From NCBI GenBank assembly GCA_902621165.1, contig CACNKX010000001.1, forward strand, positions 44,839-108,838: DNA of 64,000 bases, read 5' to 3'. Made by a program: the position numbers and the translations under genes. Shown one piece after another: positions 27,742-36,464 of the stretch. Origin of the DNA: an uncultured Alphaproteobacteria bacterium (lineage in GTDB: Bacteria > Pseudomonadota > Alphaproteobacteria > HIMB59 > GCA-002718135). Position 1 is the first letter of the stretch. Each line of letters opens with the position of its first letter. The notes under the pieces are model-generated. The model worked only from the letters and a program-made list of their open reading frames with translations, made no database searches and was not told where the DNA came from.

Positions 27742-27765
27742 AAAAAAAGGGGGCTTGATGCCCCC
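27742..27765 (-). terminator. Intrinsic terminator/attenuator hairpin between the binding-protein and permease genes
   Basis: Minus strand reads GGGGGC-ATCAA-GCCCCC followed by TTTTTTT, starting 9 nt after the binding-protein stop. Confidence 0.7.
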
Positions 27766-27773
27766 ATATTATT

Positions 27774-28805
27774 TTAACTTGGACAGTTTAGATATGTGCT
27801 ATCAAAAGTTTCTAAAATTTCTAGAGAAATTCCTCTCATAGCCATAACGTATGTATCAACATCGCTAATATCAACAAATACAGTACCTGAATCAATAAAT
27901 TGATCAGTTTGTGCAGTTGATTTCCAAGGTGCATCAGCTTTGAACTCACAACCTTGTCTAACTTTGTCCATTACATATGAACCAATGTAACCTTGGCCAT
28001 ATGGGTTTTGAAGCATAGTTCCATGAACATAACCATCTTTAATAGCTTTTAAAACTACTTCGTCATGATCAATACCAACCATTTTAATTCTTTTATCGCC
28101 CATATTAGTTAAAGCTTGTGCTGCTACAACAGCAGGAACCCAAGCAGTAGTAACAATACCATCTACTTCACTTCCTTGAGCCGCCATGAAAGCATTAATT
28201 TTTTCATCAGCTGGTTCATAAGCATCAATATCAGCAATAACTTGAATAATTTCTACTCCACCGCCTGCTTCTGAAACAGCTTGTTCAACTGCATTGATTC
28301 TTAGAGTTGTATTTGGATCAACTAAGAAACCAGTAAAGTGAGCAATTTTTCCTTTGCCACCTAAAGCTTTAATTAATTCTTTTGTACCAAGATAAGCTGA
28401 GTGACCAGTGTCAGTTCCAAAACAAAATTTTGCTTGAGTTGGTTGTTCAACACATCCTGCTAAAGCAGCTGTTGGTATACCAGCATCATCTAGTTCACCT
28501 AAAATTTTATTTGTACCAACTGCATCACCAGGAAATACAAGTACTGCATTGTAACCTTGACCAACTAAACTTTCAATTAACTCGTTTTGTTGACTTAGAT
28601 CCCACTCTGCAGGGACTCTGTAATCTGCTTTTCCTAAACCAAAGTCTTCTACAGCATCTAAACCTGCTTGTTCCCACGCAGCAAAATAAGGGTGCGGGCC
28701 ACCAGGGACTAGAGCTACTTTAGTAACACCATGACCACCTGCAAAAACAGGTGATACTAGTAAAGCAAAAAAAGAAGTTAAAAATATTATAAATTTTTTC
28801 ATCAT
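27774..28805 (-). CDS. Periplasmic sugar-binding protein (PBP type 1, CUT2 system)
   Basis: Signal peptide MMKKFIIFLTSFFALLVSPVFA and a Peripla_BP-like alternation of beta-alpha units. GGAGGA SD immediately upstream, so the second ATG at 28802 may be the real start. Visibly higher G+C and a less K/N/I-rich protein than its neighbours. Confidence 0.85.
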   Translation of the reverse strand: MMKKFIIFLTSFFALLVSPVFAGGHGVTKVALVPGGPHPYFAAWEQAGLDAVEDFGLGKADYRVPAEWDLSQQNELIESLVGQGYNAVLVFPGDAVGTNKILGELDDAGIPTAALAGCVEQPTQAKFCFGTDTGHSAYLGTKELIKALGGKGKIAHFTGFLVDPNTTLRINAVEQAVSEAGGGVEIIQVIADIDAYEPADEKINAFMAAQGSEVDGIVTTAWVPAVVAAQALTNMGDKRIKMVGIDHDEVVLKAIKDGYVHGTMLQNPYGQGYIGSYVMDKVRQGCEFKADAPWKSTAQTDQFIDSGTVFVDISDVDTYVMAMRGISLEILETFDSTYLNCPS

Positions 28806-28906
28806 TCCTCCTTAAATTTATTTTAATGTAAGCAGAATTAGAACTTAAATCAACAAAAATAAAATAAAGTATTTATTTATAATTATATTGATTATACTAT
28901 TGTCGC
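28806..28906. promoter_or_regulatory. Divergent promoter region between the CUT2 binding-protein operon and uxuA (inferred)
   Basis: 101-nt AT-rich spacer between divergent genes. No specific operator recognised. Confidence 0.35.
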
Positions 28907-30094
28907 ATGCTGTATTCATTTAGATGGTTTGGTCATAATGATCCTTCAAAATTAGATCAAATTCGACAGATAGGCGTTGAAGGAATCGTATCATCACTAG
29001 CACAAATAAAATATGGTGAAAAATGGTCTGCATTCGAAATCAAGAAAAGGAAGAAATTTATTGAAAGTTTCAAAATTAATAACAATAAAAATTTAACTTG
29101 GAGTGTTGTTGAAAGTCTTCCTGTCCATAATGACATAAAAAAGAGGTCAGGGAGATATAAATATTACATAGATCAATACAAAGAGTCATTGATAAATTTA
29201 GGAAAGAATAAGATTAAAAATATTTGTTACAATTTTATGCCATTGATTGATTGGGTGAGAACAGATTTAAATCATCAACTACCAAATGGAGCATTTGCTC
29301 TAAAATACAATCATCTTCATGTCTGTGCATTTGAAAATTTTATTTTGAAATCTAAAACAGCAAAAAAAAGGTATTCATCCAAAGAAATCCATACTTCAAA
29401 AAAAATATTACAAAAAATGAATTCTAGTGATTTAAAAAAACTTAAGATGTCTTTACTTGGAGGGTTAGCTGCAAACGATAGAAAGTATACAATTAAAGAT
29501 TTAAATTATGAGATTGATCAATTTGCAGAATTAAATCATAGTGATTTACAAAATAATTTAAAAGATTTTATAGAAGAAATTTATCCAATCATAAAAAAAT
29601 ATAATATTCATTACAATATTCATCCAGATGATCCTCCATATAATGTTTATGGATTACCAAGAATTGTTTCTAATGAGAAAGATATTAATTTTATTGTGAA
29701 TATAAAAAAAGATACAAATGTAGGTTTAACTTTTTGTACAGGATCCCTTGGTGTTAATAAAAAAAACAACTTAGTCAATATAATTAAAAAATATGGTTCT
29801 TATATAAATTTTATTCATTTAAGAAATATAAGACACATTCCAAAATCTCTCGATTTTTATGAAGATGATCACCTTAATGGAAGCCTGGACATGTTGTCTA
29901 TTGTTAAAGCAATATTAAAAGAAGAAAATAAAAGGAAAAAAAGTAATCATCCTATTAAACAAATTCCTATGAGGCCTGATCATGGGCATACAATACTTCA
30001 TGACCAATTTAATTCAGTAATACCTGGATATTCATTATTAGGCAGAATGAAAGGGCTAGATCAGCTTAAAGGTGTAATAAAAGCTATAAATTAA
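28907..30094 (+). CDS. uxuA: Mannonate dehydratase
   Basis: N-terminus MLYSFRWFGHNDPSKLDQIRQIGVEGIVSSL parallels UxuA (WRWYGPNDPV...). The C-terminal MRPDHGH motif is present. 395 aa. Confidence 0.85.
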   Translation: MLYSFRWFGHNDPSKLDQIRQIGVEGIVSSLAQIKYGEKWSAFEIKKRKKFIESFKINNNKNLTWSVVESLPVHNDIKKRSGRYKYYIDQYKESLINLGKNKIKNICYNFMPLIDWVRTDLNHQLPNGAFALKYNHLHVCAFENFILKSKTAKKRYSSKEIHTSKKILQKMNSSDLKKLKMSLLGGLAANDRKYTIKDLNYEIDQFAELNHSDLQNNLKDFIEEIYPIIKKYNIHYNIHPDDPPYNVYGLPRIVSNEKDINFIVNIKKDTNVGLTFCTGSLGVNKKNNLVNIIKKYGSYINFIHLRNIRHIPKSLDFYEDDHLNGSLDMLSIVKAILKEENKRKKSNHPIKQIPMRPDHGHTILHDQFNSVIPGYSLLGRMKGLDQLKGVIKAIN

Positions 30095-31133
30095 TTTTTA
30101 CCTTATATTTATTTGCTAAAAATAAAAAATCGGTTTTTAATTCCTTATCTATTGGAATACCTGTTTTTAATCTTTTTTTAGAAGTAATTTTTTCTTTTTC
30201 GCCTGGATATAAAATTGGATTATTATTTTTTTTTGATTTTTGTTTTTTTAGATCACTCATATAGTTTTTCATACCTTTAAAATATTGTTTTTTTGTTGTG
30301 AAAGCATTTAATGAAATGGCGATTAAGAAATGTCCTAACTTTCTTGGTGTACTAAAATCTGGTCCAATCATTGATAATAAACGGTATCCATGAGCCATAC
30401 CAATAAGAGGTCCGCACATTATTTCTACTGAAGAAGATAATCCAAAACCTTTATGTCCATATTCTTTACCTCCAAGTGGAGCCAAAGAAACAGCGTTATA
30501 AGGGTTAGTTGTGTAGTTGCCGGATTTATCAAGTGCAATCTCAGAATTTAATTTAGTAGAATTTGCTCTGGCTCTCATAACTTTATTCCATGCTATCGAA
30601 GTTGAAGAAAAATCTGCATGTAAAAAGTCTTTATTACCTATTGGTGCTGTAAAAGAATAAGGATTAGTCCCGTGAAAAGGTTTCTTACCATTGTACGGTA
30701 TGGCAAAAGCATCTGAGTGTGTAAATGAAAAACCAACACAGTCGTTTTGTGCAATATTCATAGAATATACACCTGCAGCACCATAGTGTGAGGAGTTTAT
30801 TATGCCAATTGAAGCAATGCCATTCTTCTTTGCCATAGATGATACTATTGCTGATGCCTTTAAAGCTGCTACATGCCCTAAGCCATCATCAGCATCATAG
30901 ACAGCTACACCTCTATTTTTTTTTACAAGCTTCATTTTAGGTTTTGCTTTTATTCTTCCGTTTTCAATACATTTTACGTAATGAGAAAATAATCTAATAC
31001 CATGACTGTCCACGCCTCTAATAGAAGAATCTAAAAGTGATTTAATAAGTAAATTTCTATCTTTTTTTTGAACAGATAGTTTTGACAAAATGCTATCAAA
31101 AAATTTATTTATTTTGTTATGTAAAATTTTCAT
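30084..31133 (-). CDS. Ldh_2-family (malate/L-lactate/sulfolactate-type) 2-hydroxyacid dehydrogenase
   Basis: GVDSHGIRLFSHY, GLGHVAA, HYGAAGVY and GHKGFGLS are characteristic of the Ldh_2 family (ComC/YiaK/AllD relatives). Confidence 0.75.
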   Translation of the reverse strand: MKILHNKINKFFDSILSKLSVQKKDRNLLIKSLLDSSIRGVDSHGIRLFSHYVKCIENGRIKAKPKMKLVKKNRGVAVYDADDGLGHVAALKASAIVSSMAKKNGIASIGIINSSHYGAAGVYSMNIAQNDCVGFSFTHSDAFAIPYNGKKPFHGTNPYSFTAPIGNKDFLHADFSSTSIAWNKVMRARANSTKLNSEIALDKSGNYTTNPYNAVSLAPLGGKEYGHKGFGLSSSVEIMCGPLIGMAHGYRLLSMIGPDFSTPRKLGHFLIAISLNAFTTKKQYFKGMKNYMSDLKKQKSKKNNNPILYPGEKEKITSKKRLKTGIPIDKELKTDFLFLANKYKVKINL

Positions 31134-31134
31134 C

Positions 31135-32565
31135 TTATGAAATTATTTCTTTTAATAATGATTTTAAAGGATTTTCTTTCATTAAATTTAGATTTTTTTT
31201 GACTGCTGTTAACATTTCTTCTTTTTTATTTTCAGAAAGATTAAAAATATTTTTATTATTAATTATTTCTTCAAAAAAATTATCCTTATTATTTTTATAA
31301 ACACTGTAAAAGTATTCTTTATTTGCATCATCCAGTCTATTTTGATCTTCTTCAATAATTTGAAATAAGAAAAATAACCAAGAGGCTATGATAAATTGAA
31401 TATATTTAGCTACTCCTTTATTATTTTTGTAGGTATCAAGTATTCTTATAGGTATTTTTAAAGAACCATCCATAGCAATTCTTAACAATTTATCCTCTAT
31501 GTAAGTATTTTTAAATCTTTCTAAAATTTTCATTTTGTACTCATTAATATTAAAGTCATCTTTAATTTCTAAAGTGGGTAACACTTCTTGGTCTAAAAAA
31601 TTTAAAATAAAATTGTAAATATTTTTATCCTCTATTGCTTCATGAACATATGTATACCCACACAAATGACCAATGTATGCTAAAGCTGAGTGGGACGCAT
31701 TCAGTATTTTAAGTTTATTATTTTCATAAAATTTTACATCTTCGACAAATTTTATTTTATTATTTGATAAAATATTTTTTAGCTCATCATTATTTGATTG
31801 AATATACCAATCTCTATAAGGTTCAGTAACCACAATTGTATTATCATTATATGGCAAGTTAAAATATTCAGATTGTTTATTATTATTTGGAACAATTCCA
31901 TCAACCATAGATAATGGGAACTCAATATTATTATCAAACCAATCTAAACACTTTGGATATTTTTTTTCTATAAATTGTTTAACTAAATTTTTTAAAATTG
32001 TTCCATTTTCAGACAAATTATCGCAACTTAAAACGATTAATTTTTTTTTGTTTTTCTTATATCTTTCTATTATTCCAAAACTTAGATGACCTATCAAAGT
32101 TAATAACTCTTTATCCTCTAGATCATTAATAATTTGATTCGAAAAATTTAATTTTTTATTTTTATCAAAATGATATCCCTTTTCTGTAACAGTAATTGTA
32201 ATTAATTTAATTTTTTCAGATACAATTAAATTTCTTATTTCATTCTTGTGTTTTAAACCAAATAAAACTTTTTTAATTGGATTTAAAATATCAACTTTTT
32301 TGTAATTATTTGATATCCTTACCAAAGAATACAAGTAGTCTTGTAATTGCATTTTATTATTTGTTTCTTCAGACCTTAAATTGACCCCAATTATGGAAAT
32401 GTTTTTATTATTTTCTAATATTTCATGAATATATAGTGCTTGGTGAGCTCTATGAAAATTACCAATACCGAAATGAAGTATGCAATCTTCATTATTATTA
32501 ATATTATAACTTGGAAATGATTGTTCTTTTAAAAGATTTGTATTTATGTTTTTATTTAATTGCAT
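31135..32565 (-). CDS. uxuB: Mannitol-dehydrogenase-family oxidoreductase, probable fructuronate reductase (D-mannonate oxidoreductase)
   Basis: HFGIGNFHRAHQALY N-terminal motif, 476 aa, next to uxuA. Confidence 0.7.
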   Translation of the reverse strand: MQLNKNINTNLLKEQSFPSYNINNNEDCILHFGIGNFHRAHQALYIHEILENNKNISIIGVNLRSEETNNKMQLQDYLYSLVRISNNYKKVDILNPIKKVLFGLKHKNEIRNLIVSEKIKLITITVTEKGYHFDKNKKLNFSNQIINDLEDKELLTLIGHLSFGIIERYKKNKKKLIVLSCDNLSENGTILKNLVKQFIEKKYPKCLDWFDNNIEFPLSMVDGIVPNNNKQSEYFNLPYNDNTIVVTEPYRDWYIQSNNDELKNILSNNKIKFVEDVKFYENNKLKILNASHSALAYIGHLCGYTYVHEAIEDKNIYNFILNFLDQEVLPTLEIKDDFNINEYKMKILERFKNTYIEDKLLRIAMDGSLKIPIRILDTYKNNKGVAKYIQFIIASWLFFLFQIIEEDQNRLDDANKEYFYSVYKNNKDNFFEEIINNKNIFNLSENKKEEMLTAVKKNLNLMKENPLKSLLKEIIS

Positions 32566-32595
32566 ATTAATAATTAAAATATACTTAAACAGAAG

Positions 32596-33348
32596 ATGAT
32601 CAATAAAATATATAAAAGTGTGCTTATAACTGGTGCATCAAGTGGTATTGGCTTAGAAACACTTAAAAGATTTTTAAAAGAAAATGTAAAAGTTTATGCT
32701 CTTGATAAAAACGTTTCAATATTAGAAAAATTGAAAAAAAAACATAAATTTGAAATCATTCAAATTGATCTCTTTGACACGGATCAAATTTATAAAAAAC
32801 TCTCCAAAGTAAAAGTTGATATTGTAGTTTGTAATGCAGGCATTGGAAGAGGGGCTGAAGGTATATTAAAAGCGTCAAGGCAAGATATTGAATTATCTAC
32901 AAGATTAAATGTCGAGTCTTATCTTCATACTTTAAAAGCTATTGTTCCAGGAATGATAAAAAGAAGAAAAGGACATGTAGTTTTAATGGGGTCTCTTGCA
33001 GGTCTATACCCACAAATGAGTACTGTTTATGGCGGTCAAAAAGGTGCTATCCATAGAATCGCACAAAGCTTAAGAATTGAACTTAGCGGTTCAAGAGTTA
33101 AAGTTTCTGAAATATGTCCTGGAAGAACTAAAACAAATTTTGGTAATGCTGCATTTACAGATAAAAATAAAGCTAAAAAATTTATGTCTGGTTTTACTCT
33201 TCTCGAGCCAAGAGATATTGCTGATGCTATTATGTTTGCAGTAAGTGTTAGATGGCGAAGCAATATAAGCACTATTGAAATTTCTGGCACAGAACAATCC
33301 CCAGGCGGAGTGCCGATTATTCCAGTAAAAGATCCAATACTTTCATAA
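32596..33348 (+). CDS. Short-chain dehydrogenase/reductase (SDR)
   Basis: ITGASSGIG, CNAGIG and the catalytic YGGQKGA (YxxxK). Confidence 0.85.
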   Translation: MINKIYKSVLITGASSGIGLETLKRFLKENVKVYALDKNVSILEKLKKKHKFEIIQIDLFDTDQIYKKLSKVKVDIVVCNAGIGRGAEGILKASRQDIELSTRLNVESYLHTLKAIVPGMIKRRKGHVVLMGSLAGLYPQMSTVYGGQKGAIHRIAQSLRIELSGSRVKVSEICPGRTKTNFGNAAFTDKNKAKKFMSGFTLLEPRDIADAIMFAVSVRWRSNISTIEISGTEQSPGGVPIIPVKDPILS

Positions 33349-33389
33349 ATTAATTAAATATTTTTTATTTTAATATAATAAAATTAATT

Positions 33390-34493
33390 ATGGAAAAACC
33401 TGTAAGATATGGTGTTATTGGCATAGGAGGTATGGGAGCAAATCATGCTAAAAAATTACAAGAGAATAAAATAGAAAATGCTATCTTAGCCGCAGTTGCT
33501 GATTCAAATGTAGAATATAAAAATAAATATGAAAATATTCCTTTTTTTGAAAATACTGATAATTTTTTTAATAATAAAATTATAGATGCAGCAATCATTG
33601 CTACACCTCATAAATCGCACATAGATCTAGCGAAAAAAGCTCTCGAAAATAATATTAATGTTATAATTGAAAAACCCTTAGCAATAACTAGTAAAAAGTG
33701 TCGAGAATTTATTAATATATCACAAAATTTTAAAGCAATTTTTACTGTTATGCTCAATCAAAGAACTAATCCTGTTTATGTTAAGATAAAGGAACTAATT
33801 AATGGAAATGAATTAGGTAAAGTTCACCGTTTTCAATGGACAATAACTAATTGGTTTAGAACAAACTATTATTATCAGACGTCTAATTGGAAAGCTAAAT
33901 GGGAAAGTGAAGGTGGAGGTGTTTTAATAAATCAGAGTATTCACCAACTTGATTTGTGTCAGTGGTTATTTGGCATGCCTGATAGTGTATATACTGATTT
34001 GGGATTAGGTCGCTTTCATGAGATAGAAGTTGAAGATGAAGTAACTTCAATCTTTAAATATAAAAATGGATTAAAAGGTGTATTTATTACAACAACAGGT
34101 GAAGCACCGGGTGTAAATAGATTGGAAATTGCATCAGATAAGGGTTTAATTACAATTCAGGATAATAATGTTACATGGGAAAAAATAGATTCATCTACTG
34201 AATTTATTAAAAACTCTAAAACGCTTTTTGGGATGCCTAAAAAAGATAAAATTAATTTTAATTTTAAGGCTGATTTGGATCAACATATTGAGCATCAAAG
34301 ACTTATTCAAAACTTTACAAACTTCCTCCTAGGAAAAGAAAAACTGTTAGTGAATGGAAAAGATGGTTTAAATTCAGTTGAATTAATTAATGCGATGGTT
34401 CTATCGGGATTAGAGGAAAAAAAAATAGAGCTTCCTTTAGATGAAGTTAAATATGAACAAAAATTAGAAGAAATGATAAGTAAATCAAGATGA
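33390..34493 (+). CDS. Gfo/Idh/MocA-family oxidoreductase
   Basis: N-terminal Rossmann fold YGVIGIGGMGANH plus the EKPLA motif. Confidence 0.85.
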   Translation: MEKPVRYGVIGIGGMGANHAKKLQENKIENAILAAVADSNVEYKNKYENIPFFENTDNFFNNKIIDAAIIATPHKSHIDLAKKALENNINVIIEKPLAITSKKCREFINISQNFKAIFTVMLNQRTNPVYVKIKELINGNELGKVHRFQWTITNWFRTNYYYQTSNWKAKWESEGGGVLINQSIHQLDLCQWLFGMPDSVYTDLGLGRFHEIEVEDEVTSIFKYKNGLKGVFITTTGEAPGVNRLEIASDKGLITIQDNNVTWEKIDSSTEFIKNSKTLFGMPKKDKINFNFKADLDQHIEHQRLIQNFTNFLLGKEKLLVNGKDGLNSVELINAMVLSGLEEKKIELPLDEVKYEQKLEEMISKSR

Positions 34494-35260
34494 AAATTAA
34501 TCAAATTGCAGTTACACTTTATACCATTAGAGATTTTTGCCAAAATGAAAAAGATTTATTTGAAAGTCTAAAAAAAATCAAAAATATTGGATATAGTAGC
34601 ATTCAAATCAGTGGTGTTGGTTTAATTAATCCTAAAACAATAAAAAGCATGTGTGAAGATTTGAGTTTAGTTATATGCGCTACACATGAACCAAATGAAC
34701 AAATTATAAATAATACTGATGAAGTTATTAATAAGCTAAATATTTTTAATTGCGAATATTCAGCTCTTCCTTATCCATTAAATGTAGATATGAAAAACTT
34801 AGAAGAAATTGATAAATTCATAGAAGATATAAATATCGCTGGCTCAAAGTTTCAGGCAGAAGGAAAAGTGCTATGCTACCATAATCATGCACTTGAATTC
34901 CAAAAAATTCAAAATGAAATAATTTTAGATAGAATTTATAAAAATACAGATAGTAGATTTATACAAGGAGAGCCAGATATTTATTGGATACAAAAAGGTG
35001 GTCAAGATCCATTAATGTGGTGTAAAAAATTAGACCAACGAATGCCATTATTACATTTAAAAGATTTTATAATGATAAATGATCAAGAAAGTTTTTTTGC
35101 AGAGGTTGGCTTAGGTAATTTAGATATCAAAAATATTGTTAAAACAGCAACAGATTCAGGTTGTAAGTGGTTTATTGTTGAACAAGATGAATGTAATGGC
35201 GATCCTTTTGATTCACTTCTGATTAGCTATAATAATTTAGTAAAATATGCAGTTACTTAA
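34490..35260 (+). CDS. Xylose-isomerase-like TIM-barrel protein (sugar phosphate isomerase/epimerase family)
   Basis: 256 aa. Pattern YSSIQISG ... CATHEP ... YHNHALEF ... LHLKD ... VEQD is typical of AP_endonuc_2/IolE/LgdB-type barrels. Overlaps the upstream Gfo gene by 4 nt. Confidence 0.75.
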   Translation: MKINQIAVTLYTIRDFCQNEKDLFESLKKIKNIGYSSIQISGVGLINPKTIKSMCEDLSLVICATHEPNEQIINNTDEVINKLNIFNCEYSALPYPLNVDMKNLEEIDKFIEDINIAGSKFQAEGKVLCYHNHALEFQKIQNEIILDRIYKNTDSRFIQGEPDIYWIQKGGQDPLMWCKKLDQRMPLLHLKDFIMINDQESFFAEVGLGNLDIKNIVKTATDSGCKWFIVEQDECNGDPFDSLLISYNNLVKYAVT

Positions 35261-36464
35261 GAAAAAAACTTTTTGCGTTTTGATTTAATAAATTATTAAT
35301 ATCCCTTTCTATTATAAATTTTGATAACTCAAAATTTTTCTTAGAAAGATCTTCATAATATTCATATAAAATTTCATTTAAGATATTTTTGAAATGAGAC
35401 CATTTATATATAAGTTGATCTGTAACTCTTGCATCGGAATGCTGAGGTATAAATGCAAGACCTAGCATATCAATCCTCATTTTTAGAACAATTTTTATAA
35501 TACTTGGCTGGTTCATAAACCACCAAAAACCAAATATTTTTAAATTAGGATGTTTACGAGCTAAGACAGTTAATTCGTGCTGATCATTTAAAGATAAACA
35601 AGTTACAAGAAATTTGTTTTCTGGAAAAGAATTACATAATTTACTTAGTTCTTTGAGATTAATATCACCAATCCCGTCTCCAGCTAGACCAAAACTACTA
35701 TTTACAGCTCGTTTAACACCTAACATTAAAGACAATGGGATATTTTTTTTATTTAACCATGATAAAATTAATTTCCAAAGAGGATCATTTAAGATTTCTT
35801 TAAAATTATCTGAATTTGCTGAAATAGCTGCATACACTGGATTTGATACTAAAAAACAACTATCTAAATAATTTATTACAATATCATCTGCTTTTTGATT
35901 TATCTTAGTCTGATTTTTTGCAACCTCAGTTGCTTGGGAATTGTTAATAATTAAATCATCCAGTCTTAATGATGATTGAAATATATTTCTATCCCAATCA
36001 TTATCTTTATATAAATTCCATTCATCAATATCAAATGGATTATTTGTCATTACTAAAGAAGAAACGTTTGATAATTTTAAAATTTTTTCATCTGTAAGAG
36101 ATTTATTTTCATATTCATTGTTTAGTTCTTGAAAAGTTTTATTATTATAATTAATATCTAATTTTTGAAGTACAGTTAGCACTCCTTTACACGCTTCAGA
36201 AATTGGTGTTCTTTTTTGAAATAATTCTTCCCATATAAGTTTTGCTTTATTTAAGTCATCCAGAGAGTAAAACTTTTCTGCACTTATATTTGCATTGGTT
36301 AATAATTCTGCAATTAAATAATGATAGTTTAATAAATTAATAAAACCAGAAAGAGAATGACTTTTAAAGGCAGATGGAAATAAATGCGTATGAATATCAA
36401 AAATTTTTGTATTATTAATAACGTCTTCTAAAGTATTGGATAATTCCTGATTAGACATATTCAT
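35253..36464 (-). CDS. Divergent short uronate-isomerase-like amidohydrolase (UxaC-like)
   Basis: N-terminal metal motif IFDIHTHLFP (compare DYHCHL). The C-terminal HSDARVTDQLIYKWSHFKNILNEIL resembles UxaC TDSRSFLSYTRHEYFRRIL. About 400 aa versus about 470 for canonical UxaC. I prefer the ATG at 36464; the track uses the GTG at 36467. Confidence 0.55.
   Translation of the reverse strand: MNMSNQELSNTLEDVINNTKIFDIHTHLFPSAFKSHSLSGFINLLNYHYLIAELLTNANISAEKFYSLDDLNKAKLIWEELFQKRTPISEACKGVLTVLQKLDINYNNKTFQELNNEYENKSLTDEKILKLSNVSSLVMTNNPFDIDEWNLYKDNDWDRNIFQSSLRLDDLIINNSQATEVAKNQTKINQKADDIVINYLDSCFLVSNPVYAAISANSDNFKEILNDPLWKLILSWLNKKNIPLSLMLGVKRAVNSSFGLAGDGIGDINLKELSKLCNSFPENKFLVTCLSLNDQHELTVLARKHPNLKIFGFWWFMNQPSIIKIVLKMRIDMLGLAFIPQHSDARVTDQLIYKWSHFKNILNEILYEYYEDLSKKNFELSKFIIERDINNLLNQNAKSFFLK

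Noticed and set aside
28382-28723. 113-aa ORF antisense to the CUT2 binding-protein gene
   Set aside because: It is a Q/L/H-rich low-complexity translation opposite a confident SBP gene, and is an artefact of the higher-GC, stop-poor antisense frame.
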